56,548 bases of DNA from Guillardia theta CCMP2712 (lineage: Eukaryota; Protista; Cryptophyta), in assembly GCF_000315625.1 (NCBI RefSeq), contig NW_005434651.1:1-56548 (forward strand), written 5' to 3'. The stretch's first letter is position 1. The number at the start of each line of letters is the position of its first letter. This document shows, piece by piece, positions 29,979 to 41,955 of this stretch. The notes under the pieces were generated by a model. It was not told where the DNA came from and ran no database searches. It was given only the letters and a program-made list of their open reading frames with translations. Both the position numbers and the translations under genes were made by a program.

Positions 29979-30289
29979 TGATAAAAGTGTTTAAAGTGTT
30001 TGATGTGATCGACTGCAACCGAGAGCACTCCTGACTGCGATAGAAGTTAGATCATCTTGATGCCTTGGACCCCATCAACGGTTGGAGGGTGTCAGGGTCT
30101 AGCAGGGAGTCTGAAATTGGTACATGTCGACGAGCAGGAATATGGTTTTCCCTGGGGGTGAGAAGAGCGTTATAACAACAAAAGGCTGCTGTTGTCATCA
30201 CCATGATGACGTCGATTTGTTCTTCTCTTCTCGCTCTCTAACTCGGATCAAGGAGCTGTAAGGATTGTCAGGTGCTGTTGAGGTCAATT

Positions 30290-33000
30290 AGCAGAAGATC
30301 ACCGGAGGTTGGCAGCATCTCTTTCTAAGTCCTTGAGAGCTTCTTTCAGCTGTAAACCATCCCTCACCACCAGCCGTCGCACGCGCTTCTCACTTGATCC
30401 ACCCCTGCCACGTTGCGCCACTTCACATCTGCTGCTGGGCTGACCGACCAGCGTCCGACCTCCACCGTGTCCTGTGTTTCAGTATAAGGACCCAGCCAAG
30501 CAACAGATGGAGAGATGGGAAGGAAACGGAGCCAACGAGGAGATAAACAGCAAGTGCAGCAAGGGACTGTAGGCAGGCACGAAAGTTCACATGCAGTCGA
30601 AGAGTCCTCTTTGTGTAGTTCAACTCCCTGGTGGCTTGCGCGTGTAAGTCCCGAAGCACTTCCATTCCCTTGACCTTGACGGGTACGTCAGAAAACATCT
30701 CATCACGCACAAACGCAAAGCAACTTGCTCTTGTAGATGTCTGTTCGACAACCTGAGCGCCTCGATCTCCTCCTCGTAGAGCACTTTGGTGTCCTGAAAG
30801 GCGTTGGCTTCACTCACCAGCGATTCGCACACGCCTAGCTGACATGCACGCTCTGAAGAAGATCTTGGCTACAGATGAGTCGACCATCATCCTGCATGTT
30901 TATCATGACATCTCAAGCACAAAGCTTGCATCATACCTCCATCTTCTTGATTTGCTCATTCGTCTTGAGATTTATATCCTCCAGATCTTTTATCCTGCTT
31001 TCAAGGCTCAAGATCTCTTTCTCTTGTCTTATCTTCAGTTCCTGTGCCAAATGCTGTGAAATCAAGTCTTGCTCCTTGAGATGTTACAGCAATCTTGGTG
31101 TTTGCAGCGTCAAGATCCTTCTGCTGCGTCTCGCAGACATGTTGCAATGCACGATTTTCCTAATGAATTCTCAGGCTCCTTGCAATGATTTTCACACACT
31201 TCTTAAATACTCGCCTCTTCGACTTGAATTCGTCGACGGAAATTATCGCTAAGTGCTTGTTCCCTAAGCAGCGCATCTTCCAACTGCATGCTCAGCTCAT
31301 TCCTTGACCGGTGACACAAACTTGATAACCTGCTCTACAATGCGATTCTTCTCGAATAAAAGATCGGAATACTTCAAACGTTCTCCATTTCAAACGCGTT
31401 CGAGTTGCAATGATGTCTACCTCTCGCCGCGGAACGTGGGTTGCTGTCATATGCACTATCGACCAATCATGATGTATGAAGCTACAATACCGATCACCTG
31501 GACTTCTGCAAACTGGACAGACTAATATGTCGAGCTCGAAGAATTCGCTGAAACAGAACAACATCAAGACAAGATGATGCTGATTTCACTTGAACGAGCA
31601 CCGTCGTTCGTTCCCGGTTTCTAACGAGAGGCCGCCTAACCAACTCGCTCGGATGTTCTGAGGAATAGATCAAAGATCAGCTTGCCTTCAGTTGAACGCA
31701 CTAGTCACCTCATCTGCCAATGAGGAGATGTTCTCGTGATCAATTTCAATCTGTGATTTTGTAGGCTTGTCTTCGTTCCGACGCTCGCTAGCCTCAGAGA
31801 CTCTGCAAATGAACTTATATTGATTCCGAAAAGGAACATGTCTACATCTCCAATGCTCTGGATTGATGATCTCTCAGCATCATCAAGTTCTTCTCGTTCA
31901 GCTTGTTTCTTTCGTTCTCAACGTTGGAAAGTTGTTGCTGAAAGAAGAAGAAGAAGAGATGAGATCAATCATGTACCCGCAGAAGCCAAGACCTCTAATT
32001 GCATGTTTTTGGATCGGCTCTCCTGGAGCTGCTCATTAATTTCTCGAATGAACACGAGCTGTTCTTCTATCTGTCAAGCCGTGTTAATGTCACAATGCTT
32101 CCTCTCACACTTGTCGCGCGTGTTCCTGTGTATTCATGGAAGCCAGCTTCCTCTTCATCTGGGAAGAAATAATAAGGAGGACATGCGAGGGAGAGCTTCG
32201 TGTTGCCTTGGAGTTTTCTTGGAAAACCTTGAGGGAGGTGACAAGAGGTATCAGATCATCTCGACAGGAGATCATGCTAGAAACCTTCTCCACGTCGAGC
32301 TCCGCCGCCGCATCAGCAACATCCTGAGAGCAGGACGTTAGTGGGACCGCAACCAGCTGAACATCGTCTTACCACTTCTTTCACCCCCCCCAGGAACTCC
32401 ACGAGGACTTTGGTATGTGTCTCATGCCTCCTCTGATGCCTCGGCAGCTCAGGGTCATAGTCCTTGATCTAGTTGATGAGGTCAAACAATTCTCAGGTGT
32501 AGGCAACAGATAGAATCTGGTCAAACAGCAAGAAGACAAAAAAATCAGTGAGTGATATTACATGTTGGAATCTCTCCTTGATTTCGAATTCTTTCTCGCT
32601 TCTCGTCGCTTCTTCCCGCTCCTTTGCCAATTGACGGCTAGCTTTCTAGGACCGCGTCAGTGATCTTCATCCATCAGAGACATTAGACCTCAAATTTCTT
32701 GGCATCTTTCAAGAGGCTTTGAACAGATCTCTTTCCATCCAACAAGAAGGCGTCCTTGACTCGGGCGAGCTCTCGTTTCCTTTCCACCAGCTCTCGCTGT
32801 CACACGTCACAGTCAGGTATGAGCATCTCTCTACGTGACATGAGAGCAGTCGGCGGCAGGCTCTACCTGCATGACCCTCCTTGTCAACCCGAACTTCTCA
32901 TGTTTTACTTAACTTATTCACCCACCCACCAAATTGTCCTGCAGCAGGGGGGTTGAGCAAGTGTACCAGTATCGCTCTCGTATGGGTCTTGCCGTCCTCC
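30290..33000 (-). CDS. Multi-exon coiled-coil protein of unknown function (boundaries approximate)
   Basis: Short minus-strand exons rich in E/K/R/L heptads (e.g. ELVERKRELARVKDAFL, LYEEEIEALRLSNRHLQEQ) separated by GT-AG introns. Confidence 0.5.
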
Positions 33001-33385
33001 TCGCAGGAGCCTTGCGCTACTGCTCTTTGTCCTGATCCTTGTTCCCCTGCTTGTCGTGAATGCCGTCGCTTGCGTGGTTGGAGTAGCGGTTTTCGCTGCC
33101 TCCTTCGTTTCCTAGTTTTTTATTGAGGCGGGTTTGTAGGTTTTATCCTCGTCCTCCTTAGTTTGCTCCTGTTTGCTCTTCTGTTTCAGTCAATAAAGAA
33201 GCACAAAAAGGAGCAAGCAGGTGGATACATCTACAGGATGTGAGTCTCATATTATCCTCACCGATACACAATACTTCACCAAGGTCATCCTGTCCTCCAC
33301 ACAGAACATCCTGTCCAGGACGGTTTCCTTTACCTTTGAGAGCATCATCAACGAGCTGAGCAAGCGGGAAGACCTTCTATCTGCG
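31963..33385 (+). repeat. Segmental duplication copy A (homologous to 37361-39033, with internal deletions and an insertion)
   Basis: 31963-32969 is near-identical to 37361-38369; 33198-33224 matches ~38418-38444; ~33226-33385 matches ~38840-39033 with a short deletion. Confidence 0.92.
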
Positions 33386-33955
33386 ACGTCGTTTTATAAG
33401 GCCTTTTATAGCCGCGGGGAAGGAGTTTGAAATCTTGCCGTTGAGAGTTTTTGAAAGCTCCAAGAAGAACAACGACGCAGAAACTCTGTAACCGCTTCGT
33501 AACATTTCGCTCGCATTCGCAAGATTGTTGAGCTTAGAGCGACAAGTACTTCGCTGTTTTAAGGTTAAAAGCAAGAAAGAAAGCACTTACACAAAGATCA
33601 ATGTCAACGCCAAGCGTCGTCAAAGTAGCGCACCATCTTGCGCAAAGTAGGCGCTCGTAACTGAGAAGATGGGAGCCAAGAATCTTGAGTAGGATCATCA
33701 GCGCTCTCCCATCGAACCAGATATTCCGTACAATTGCCTTTTACACCTCGTAGAAGTTACCATCTGCCGTAACGATGTGTGCAGGAGGCTGAGACGCAAC
33801 TTTGAAACAGGAAAAAACAAACGTACTGTACTGTCAGACGGCTTTTCCAGGAACCGCAAAGGTCCAATAAATTTCATACGAAACTTTCGAGCATATTCCG
33901 GTAGACTCAAATCCTTCGTAGAAAGCACTGCAAATACCAGGTTAAGTTGAAAAAT

Positions 33956-34333
33956 TTTCATGTCAAGGGTCTTTGGGAACATTTCATGTCAAGGGTCTTT
34001 GGGAACATTTCATGTCAAGGGTCTTTGGGAACATTTCATGTCAAGGGTCTTTGGGAACATTTCATGTCAAGGGTCTTTGGGAACATTTCATGTCAAGGGT
34101 CTTTGGGAACATTTCATGTCAAGGGTCTTTGGGAACATTTCATGTCAAGGGTCTTTGGGAACATTTCATGTCAAGGGTCTTTGGGAACATTTCATGTCAA
34201 GGGTCTTTGGGAACATTTCATGTCAAGGGTCTTTGGGAACATTTCATGTCAAGGGTCTTTGGGAACATTTCATGTCAAGGGTCTTTGGGAACATTTCATA
34301 TCAAGGGTCTTTGGGAACATTTCATGTCAAGGG
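33956..34333 (+). repeat. 26-bp tandem repeat, ~14.5 copies (TTTCATGTCAAGGGTCTTTGGGAACA)
   Basis: Near-perfect repeat with a single variant copy; it ends 10 nt before the ATG at 34343. Confidence 0.97.
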
Positions 34334-34342
34334 GTGAACAAC

Positions 34343-36526
34343 ATGGCTAGCAGGAAGTTGTGCACTTCCAGTGTTGCGGTAGCTCTTATAGCCATCTTGA
34401 TCCCTGCTATAGGAGGTTTCTACTTTGGATTCATAATGGATTACAAGAATCAATACAGGTCTGCCCTTGCAATGTCATCTGCTATCATCAGCACCCGGAC
34501 CAAACTTGCCATGCCAGTACGGTTTACCAAGATTTTCAGTTCAACTTTGACGCTCGTCAGCAAGGGTCGAAGATCGTTTAATCATATGAAGAATGCGAGC
34601 ATGTCTTCAGGTGTCAGTCTACGTTGCGAATGTGGCTGTTGTGGAAGTGGGTATATTTATGGATGCTATTGTTGTACTTGTTCGCCAGATTCAGGTCCTT
34701 GCTCTTCACGTCGTACTGGTCGCTGCGGCTGCTGTAGTGCAGGTTGGATCTATGGCTGTTCGGGCAGTTGCGGCGGAAGTGGTTCGGGACCTTGCAGCAC
34801 TCGAGAGACGTACGAGTGTGGATGTTGCGAGTCCGGGATCTTGTATGGATGTCTAGGGACATGTGGTGATGCCTCGGGAACGGGACCATGCAGCGATCGA
34901 GCGACAGGATCCTGCGGATGTTGCGACCAGGGATACTTCTGGGGCTGCAAAGGGTCATGTGGGGGAACAACCTACTCTGTAAGCGTGTTCGAGGCCTTGG
35001 TAGGCAATGTACAAGTCAACCTGATACTTTTCGGTATTGAATACGCTGCAAATCCAAGGTATCTCGCGCAGATCGACATCATCAAGACTTCGTACTCGTT
35101 GACCTCTGCCGTTACGTCAGATCAAGATTTGATGCAGTCGTTAACCCTTGAAGTGCTGAGAACAGCTTCTGGCTTCATCCCACCTCCGTATGGAATAGCA
35201 ATTCGAGTTGCCTGGGGTGCCTATGATTTTATTACAACGTATGAAGAGACTGGAAATGTCTGGGAAGCTTCACTCACAGCAATATCCAATAATCTTGAGG
35301 TAGGTGATGTTAAGTACGTCGGAAATCTTCTCGCAAATGCTGCTAAAGCTTCGAACAAGCTGAATCGGAGAGCGCAACTATCCACAAGGAGCATCAATGG
35401 GAACCACTCAAATCCCGAGCTGCGAACAGAACAGCCTCTAATGGTCAAGGTTACTTTCTTTGTGAATGTTACTGATGAAGCTCATCTTACCAATGTTCTC
35501 AATAATGTTGGTGAAGAAAAGTTTTTCGCCGAAAGTGCGCTGGACCCAGTAACTTACGGCTTCTGGGATGATACTCAGACGTTGACCGTCGGATGTCTGT
35601 TCCAGCAGTGCAATCCTCAGATACTTGTGGAGCCGTCATCAAGTATCTTGCTAAATGTGAACTTCAATTACGCGGCTGCTTCCAGTGCGCTTACTACCAC
35701 CAAGAGAGACACAATTAGAACAGTGCTGGCCAACACGGCTGGGCCCCTGTCCTTACAGAGCCATGTGACTATCACAAGCGAAACTAGCACGTCCTCGTCC
35801 TCCACTGATATGAGGGTCGCGATCAGCATGAAGAGCAAACTGTACGCCACAAAAGCAGCCGCTAGGATGACTGCATCAAATCTCAACTCGGAGGCTGTCA
35901 AGGCAGCGTTAGGGACCGACTTGTTCTCGTCGATTACTGCTACCACGTCATTTTCCAACTTCACTGTTACACCGCTTCAGGTTCCTGAGCAAACCACCAC
36001 CACCACCACCACGACAAGCAGGGTAACCACTACAACTTCCGCAGTTGAAACAACTCCTGCCCCTCTCAATTCGGGATCGTCCACAGAAACAAATCCAGCA
36101 AGTGATAAGGGGAACACGAGCTCATCGACTCCTAGTGGCAGCAGTCAGAACACGAGCTCAACGACTCCTAGTGGCAGCAGTCAGAACACGGGCTCATCGA
36201 CTCCTAGTGGCAGCAGTCAGAACATGGGCTCATCGACTCCTAGTGGCAGCAGTCAGAACATGGGCTCATCGACTCCTAGTGGCAGCACTCAGAACACAAA
36301 CTCAGGTGATATAAAGAAGACAGATAGCAGTTCTCCGCTTATCATCGTCGTTGTCGTGGCCAGTACATTTTCTGCCCTGAGTATTTCAGTGATTGCTGTG
36401 GTGTACATCCGGAAACAGAGAGTGAAGAAGATAGCGACAGTCAACAAGGATTCTGATTCACAAGCTGCCTCAGTGCCCGACATTCCGACTGCAGTGACCG
36501 TAGTTTCTTGTCTGGAGGAGGATTAG
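34343..36526 (+). CDS. Cys/Gly-rich surface membrane protein with a Ser/Thr mucin-like stalk and a C-terminal TM helix
   Basis: N-terminal hydrophobic segment; four CxCCxxGxxYGC..C..GPCS-type repeats; poly-Thr and five SSTPSGSSQN repeats (33 bp); TM helix LIIVVVVASTFSALSISVIAVVYI followed by a basic tail. Confidence 0.8.
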   Translation: MASRKLCTSSVAVALIAILIPAIGGFYFGFIMDYKNQYRSALAMSSAIISTRTKLAMPVRFTKIFSSTLTLVSKGRRSFNHMKNASMSSGVSLRCECGCCGSGYIYGCYCCTCSPDSGPCSSRRTGRCGCCSAGWIYGCSGSCGGSGSGPCSTRETYECGCCESGILYGCLGTCGDASGTGPCSDRATGSCGCCDQGYFWGCKGSCGGTTYSVSVFEALVGNVQVNLILFGIEYAANPRYLAQIDIIKTSYSLTSAVTSDQDLMQSLTLEVLRTASGFIPPPYGIAIRVAWGAYDFITTYEETGNVWEASLTAISNNLEVGDVKYVGNLLANAAKASNKLNRRAQLSTRSINGNHSNPELRTEQPLMVKVTFFVNVTDEAHLTNVLNNVGEEKFFAESALDPVTYGFWDDTQTLTVGCLFQQCNPQILVEPSSSILLNVNFNYAAASSALTTTKRDTIRTVLANTAGPLSLQSHVTITSETSTSSSSTDMRVAISMKSKLYATKAAARMTASNLNSEAVKAALGTDLFSSITATTSFSNFTVTPLQVPEQTTTTTTTTSRVTTTTSAVETTPAPLNSGSSTETNPASDKGNTSSSTPSGSSQNTSSTTPSGSSQNTGSSTPSGSSQNMGSSTPSGSSQNMGSSTPSGSTQNTNSGDIKKTDSSSPLIIVVVVASTFSALSISVIAVVYIRKQRVKKIATVNKDSDSQAASVPDIPTAVTVVSCLEED

Positions 36527-37360
36527 TTGAGTAATCCTCCATCAATTGACACCAGCTTCGTAAACTACGATACTCTCCCACATGTCACCTGTCTTCTTCA
36601 TCCCTCTTGACCTTGGAAGTCAATATTTGTGTCTTGCAATCTCGAGGAAAGAGTGGAAAGTGCAAGAAAGTGCAGGAGAACACAAAAGCCAACTTTGCAC
36701 TCTTTCCTCGAGACTGCAAGAAACAAACCTTGACCTCATCTTAAGAACTCTATTGATCAAGCACACACACTCAAAGAACCTGCAGCATCGCATGGTCTGG
36801 CATCGTCATCCTCATTTTCTAAAATACCACTACAAGGGTATATCTGCTAAGCCTAGTAGGAGAAGAGACCTTGAGTTGTAGAGCAACCATTCGATGTTGA
36901 AGACCCCGTCGATAGGAATACTAGTCGCAGAGAGCCGACTTGTTCTCGTGTCGAAGAAATGTTGAGCAAGCAATCCTCACCTCTTTGGCAGACCTGTGAA
37001 GCTGTGCTCAGGTTCCTCATGGTGCCTGCTGGCTGCTGGCTTCAAAATCGCTGCAATCTCGCTCCTCTTTTTTGACACGCAGCTTCCTTCACCACCCTTC
37101 ACTTTTTCCTGTGAGTCCCTTCCTTTGCCCTATGAGATAAAACATCGTTGTCCTCTTGTGCTTATGCACGATGCAAAATGACTCCATTGCCAAACACCCT
37201 GTGGCGAAACCGAAGCTCATGATTAACACTTCAGATCATGCTCTCCCCTGTCACAAGGTGCAGGCCTGCACCTTAGGATTTCTCAACCCCCTCGATGAAA
37301 CCCATGACTGAGTATGAACTTAATGTTCATGGAATGGACACAGAAAAATGAGAAAGAAAT

Positions 37361-39033
37361 GATCAATCATGTACCCGCAGAAGCCAAGACCTCTAATTGC
37401 ATGTTTTTGGATCGGCTCTTCTGGAGCTGCTCATTAATTTCTCGAATGAACACGAGCTGTTCTTCTATCTGTCAAGCCGTGTTAATGTCACAATGCTTCC
37501 TCTCACGCTTGTCGCGCGTGTTCCTGTGTATTCATGGAAGCCAGCTTCCTCTTCATCTGGGAAGAAATAATAAGGAGGACATGCGAGGGAGAGCTTCGTG
37601 TTGCCTTGGAGTTTTCTTGGAAAACCTTGAGGGAGGTGACAAGAGGTATCAGATCATCTCGACAGGAGATCATGCTAGAAACCTTCTCCACGTCGAGCTC
37701 CGCCACCGCATCAGCAACATCCTGAGAGCAGGACGTTAGTGGGACCGCAACCAGCTGAACATCGTCTTACCACTTCTTTCACCCCCCCCAGGAACTCCAC
37801 GAGGACTTTGGTATGTGTCTCATGCCTCCTCTGATGCCTCGGCAGCTCAGGGTCATAGTCCTTGATCTAGTTGATGAGGTCAAACAATTCTCAGGTGTAG
37901 GCAACAGATAGAATCTGGTCAAACAGCTCAAGAAGACAAAAAAATCAGTGAGTGATATTACATGTTGGAATCTCTCCTTGATTTCGAATTCTTTCTCGCT
38001 TCTCGTCGCTTCTTCCCGCTCCTTTGCCAATTGACGGCTAGCTTTCTAGGACCGCGTCAGTGATCTTCATCCATCCGAGACCTTAGACCTCAAATTTCTT
38101 GGCATCTTTCAAGAGGCTTTGAATAGATCTCTTTCCATCCAACAAGAAGGCGTCCTTGACTCGGGCGAGCTCTCGTTTCCTTTCCACCAGCTCTCGCTGT
38201 CACACGTCACAGTCAGGTATGAGCATCTCTCTACGTGACATGAGAGCAGTCGGCGGCAGGCTCTACCTGCATGACCCTCCTTGTCAACCCGAACTTCTCA
38301 TGTTTTACTTAACTTATTCACCCACCCACCAAATTGTCCTGCAGCAGTGGGGTTGAGCAAGTATACCAGAAGGGGTACTTTACAGGTCAAAGACAGGGGT
38401 GATTGAAGCTGAGGGACGGAAGCACAAAAAGGAGCAAGCAGGTGGGAACGAGCAGCAGGTCGAGTTCCCAACTCACCCGATGATCTAGAACTCCTTTCCT
38501 TGCCCCCCTTCCTCCTGCTCCTCTTCCTCCACTTCCTCCTGCTCCTCTTCCTCCACTTCCTCTTGCTTCTTTTCCTCCCCTGCATCCTTCATCCCCTTTG
38601 TTTGTCATTATCCCTGCAAACACCATTTGGACTGGTTGTTCAGTATCGCTGATCAGATTGATTCCATATCGGCTCTACTGTTTGCTGATCATTGGCGCAA
38701 ACCATCCTGATCTTTCGTGGTGAAACTGGAAAACCCATTCAGCATGATGGTGAGTGAGCGATGGTGGAGGAGGAAAACAGGCCTTCTGCCCATCGTCATC
38801 ATTATCTCGCTGATGCTCGGGAAATGTACTGCATCAAACACGTCTACAGGATGTGAGTCTCATACCATCCTCACCGATACACAATACTTCACCAAGGTCA
38901 TCCTGTCCTCCACACAGAACATCCTGTCCAGGACGGTTTCCTTTACCTTTGAGAGCATCATCAACGAGCTGAGCAGGAGTCTGCCGAAGGGCTACACCTC
39001 CGGTACGCTCGCCGGGAAGACCTTCTATCTGCG
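37361..39033 (+). repeat. Segmental duplication copy B (includes a 3'-truncated copy of the coiled-coil gene)
   Basis: Direct repeat of 31963-33385 at an offset of ~5.4 kb. Confidence 0.9.
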
Positions 39034-40680
39034 CAGCTTCCTCGCTACCAACAGCGCGGTCGGATGCCAAGTCTCAGAGCTGCTCAACCTAAATACCATA
39101 TACTCAAGCAACGACACCGGGCTCGAGACCCCTGGCTGTACCAGCTGTCAGATGAACCCCGACTTCGTCCAGTACGCCATGGTCACCTGCGACTCCTCGT
39201 GCTACTGCAGCTTGATCCGGAGCGGGAGGTACTCGGCAGCGTCTGCAGGGGGCTTCGGCGTGTCGATCGTAGGGGCAGGGAGCGGCTGCTCGGGATCGAT
39301 CGTGTTCACAAATGGCTGGTCCACAGGCAGCCCGTACACGGAGTATCTACAGTTCGGGGCGGGAAGCCCATTTGCTTGCTCCTCGTACGGCAACTATACA
39401 GACCTTCAGGTTCGATGCCCTCCCAACTCAGCAGGATGTGAGTCTCATACCATCCTCACCGATACACAATACTTCACCAAGATCATCCTGTCCTCCACAC
39501 AGAACATCCTGTCCAGGACGGTTTCCTTTACCTTTGAGAGCATCATCAACGAGCTGAGCAGGAGTCTGCCGAAGGGCTACACCTCAGGTACGCTCGCCGG
39601 GAAGACCTTCTATCTGCGCAGCTTCCTCGCTACCAACAGCGCGGTCGGATGCCGAGTTTCCGAGCTGCTCAACCTAAATACCATATACTCAAGCAACGAC
39701 ACCGGGCTCGAGACCCCTGGCTGTACCAGCTGTCAGATGAACCCCGACTTCGTCCAGTACGCCATGGTCACCTGCGACTCCTCGTGCTACTGCAGCTTGA
39801 TCCGGAGCGGGAGGTACTCGGCAGCGTCCGCGGGGGGCTTCGGCGTGTCGATCGTAGGGGCAGGGAGCGGCTGCTCGGGATCGATCGTGTTCACAAACGG
39901 CTGGTCCACAGACACACCGTACACGGAGTATCTACAGTTCGGGGCGGGGAGCCCATTCACTTGCTGTGAAGGTGGGTTCAGCACGTTTGTGGATCGCTGT
40001 AGCGCCAGGATGTGTCACAGTTGCCCCATTGGTTTGTCTTCTCCCTCTGGTCATGCCAGCAGCCCTGCCAGCAGCCCGGCTGATTGCACTGTTTGCGCTC
40101 GAGGTTTCTACATGAGTGCTGTTGGGTGTTTGCAGTGCCCAAACCAAACGACCACAAATGACACAGGAAAGACGTCAATCCTGGATTGTACTGCCGTGAA
40201 TATGTCACACGTTTGCGTGCTCAATGCTACCTGGGAGGATATCGTTCACACTGTGACAAGGTCAAAACAGATGATGCAACGTCCGACTTACATTACAGGT
40301 GTGTATCCACTTCTGACTTCATCACTGCTGATAACTTGATGTCCTGACTGTTGCTCGACTAGGTGGATTGGGAGAAATGATGAAGCTGGATCAGGAAGAA
40401 GTCTGGGTCTGTCAGTTTGATCACACATGCTCACAAACTCGCCGACCAACAAACGCCCCGGTGAGGGCCATCAGTCAAATCCTACGCTTGATGATCTGAA
40501 CCATCCTCTCAGCTGCCTCCTAACATGACTGACGATGGATTCTGCTTCATTTTTGATGAAGTCAGGTATGTATTGCCAGCATGATCCCGCACTCTCTTGC
40601 TTGATTTCTCACCTCCACGGCAGGCAATGCTTCAAGCCTTGGGGACTTCTTTCCGCGCTGCACTTGCGGTCACGTGAAAG
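38744..40680 (+). CDS. Secreted/surface Cys-rich protein with two near-identical ~175-aa domains (195-aa period) and a GCC2/GCC3 (ephrin-receptor-like) Cys repeat; 3' exons uncertain
   Basis: Signal-like LLPIVIIISLMLGKCTAS; 38847-39372 is repeated at 39432-39957 (offset 585 bp); CARGFYMSAVGCLQCPNQTTT..GKTSILDC. Confidence 0.75.
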
Positions 40681-40780
40681 GTAACACCCCCTTAATTAAA
40701 GGACCGGACCATCCTAGGCTGGTCATCAGCTCTCCATTGCCTAAACATCTTATCATGGGGTCTGATGCAGTCAGTACAAC

Positions 40781-40932
40781 TGTTGAGTAAGTATTAAAGT
40801 TTAACTGAATCTCTGTCTTGTTGAGTAAGTATTAAAGTTTAACTGAATCTCTGTCTTGTTGAGTAAGTATTAAAGTTTAACTGAATCTCTGTCTTGTTGA
40901 GTAAGTATTAAAGTTTAACTGAATCTCTGTCT
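40781..40932 (+). repeat. 38-bp tandem repeat x4 (TGTTGAGTAAGTATTAAAGTTTAACTGAATCTCTGTCT)
   Basis: Four exact copies. Confidence 0.95.
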
Positions 40933-41955
40933 GAAATCACCGTACTGTGGGCGCCGCTCGGCGATACTTCAGCCGGCCCGGCCGGACAACGGATGATCAT
41001 TGCCAGTAGAGGCGGGGCGGCAAAATGTAGTGTGCATTTAACTTGGTCTTGAGCAAAAACTGTCACCGTTGAGGTCAACTGATGTACGGCCTGCATTACT
41101 TTGGCATGGTAAACTCGTACTCATCAGGAGGCGGAGCCCGTGACTCGGAACCGTAACTGACACAGTGAGTCGGGGCCCGCGGCGTAGGCTACCCGCGGCG
41201 CCGAGCCTGCATGCCGCCAGACGGGGCCCCGGGGTACTTCTGGGGCTGACTTGTGCCAGCTGACTTGCCAGTACGGTACGGTAGCTGGTACGGTACGGTC
41301 ACTGCGGTACGGTACAGGGTACGGTACCGTCGGCCACTGGTCGACCATAAATGTGGTACACAAAAAATCGACGGTGGTAATGATGCATCCTGAAAACTTT
41401 AGTCATATTTATATTTAGTATGACAAAGCACCTTTTTTGTTTTTCTGAGAACATTCCGTATAGATAGTGACCGGTCCCTTTGACCCTCCACTGTCCATAT
41501 TGAGTGGCAGGTTGAAATTATTTTTTTTCGTTGTTGTGCGTTGCGCAGGGAGGTGATGCATGCGAGGCAAGGATAGCTAGCAACGAAGGAAGAGCAGGCG
41601 AAGGGAGGGAGAGTGGTAGGGAGGGAGAAGAGGAGAGACTGGAATATCAGAGCATGATGGAAATCAACAAGTATAGGTGTCGAATTCAATGTGACAGGGT
41701 AATCAGTGATTCAAATGTTGGTTCAGATATTCAATGGTTGGGATCGTAGTTCTGGAATATGCAAGAAGATTTAAAAGCTGTTCATGCTGTCGGCGAAGAT
41801 TGCTGATCAATATACTTGATTGGAGCGTCACTTGATCATAACTCCATGACGACAGTTGGTAGTGTCAGTGTGGCATGTTCTTGAGAAATGATTTGACCAA
41901 GAGAACGTCTGATCCTCATTTGGCTCTAGGATGTCCACGACTTGAGGCTGTCGCG

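Noticed and set aside
33947-34342. First 132 aa of the 859-aa ORF, and ORFs 33960-34337 and 33973-34350
   Set aside because: Translations of the 26-bp tandem repeat; the plausible start with a signal-like segment is the ATG at 34343.
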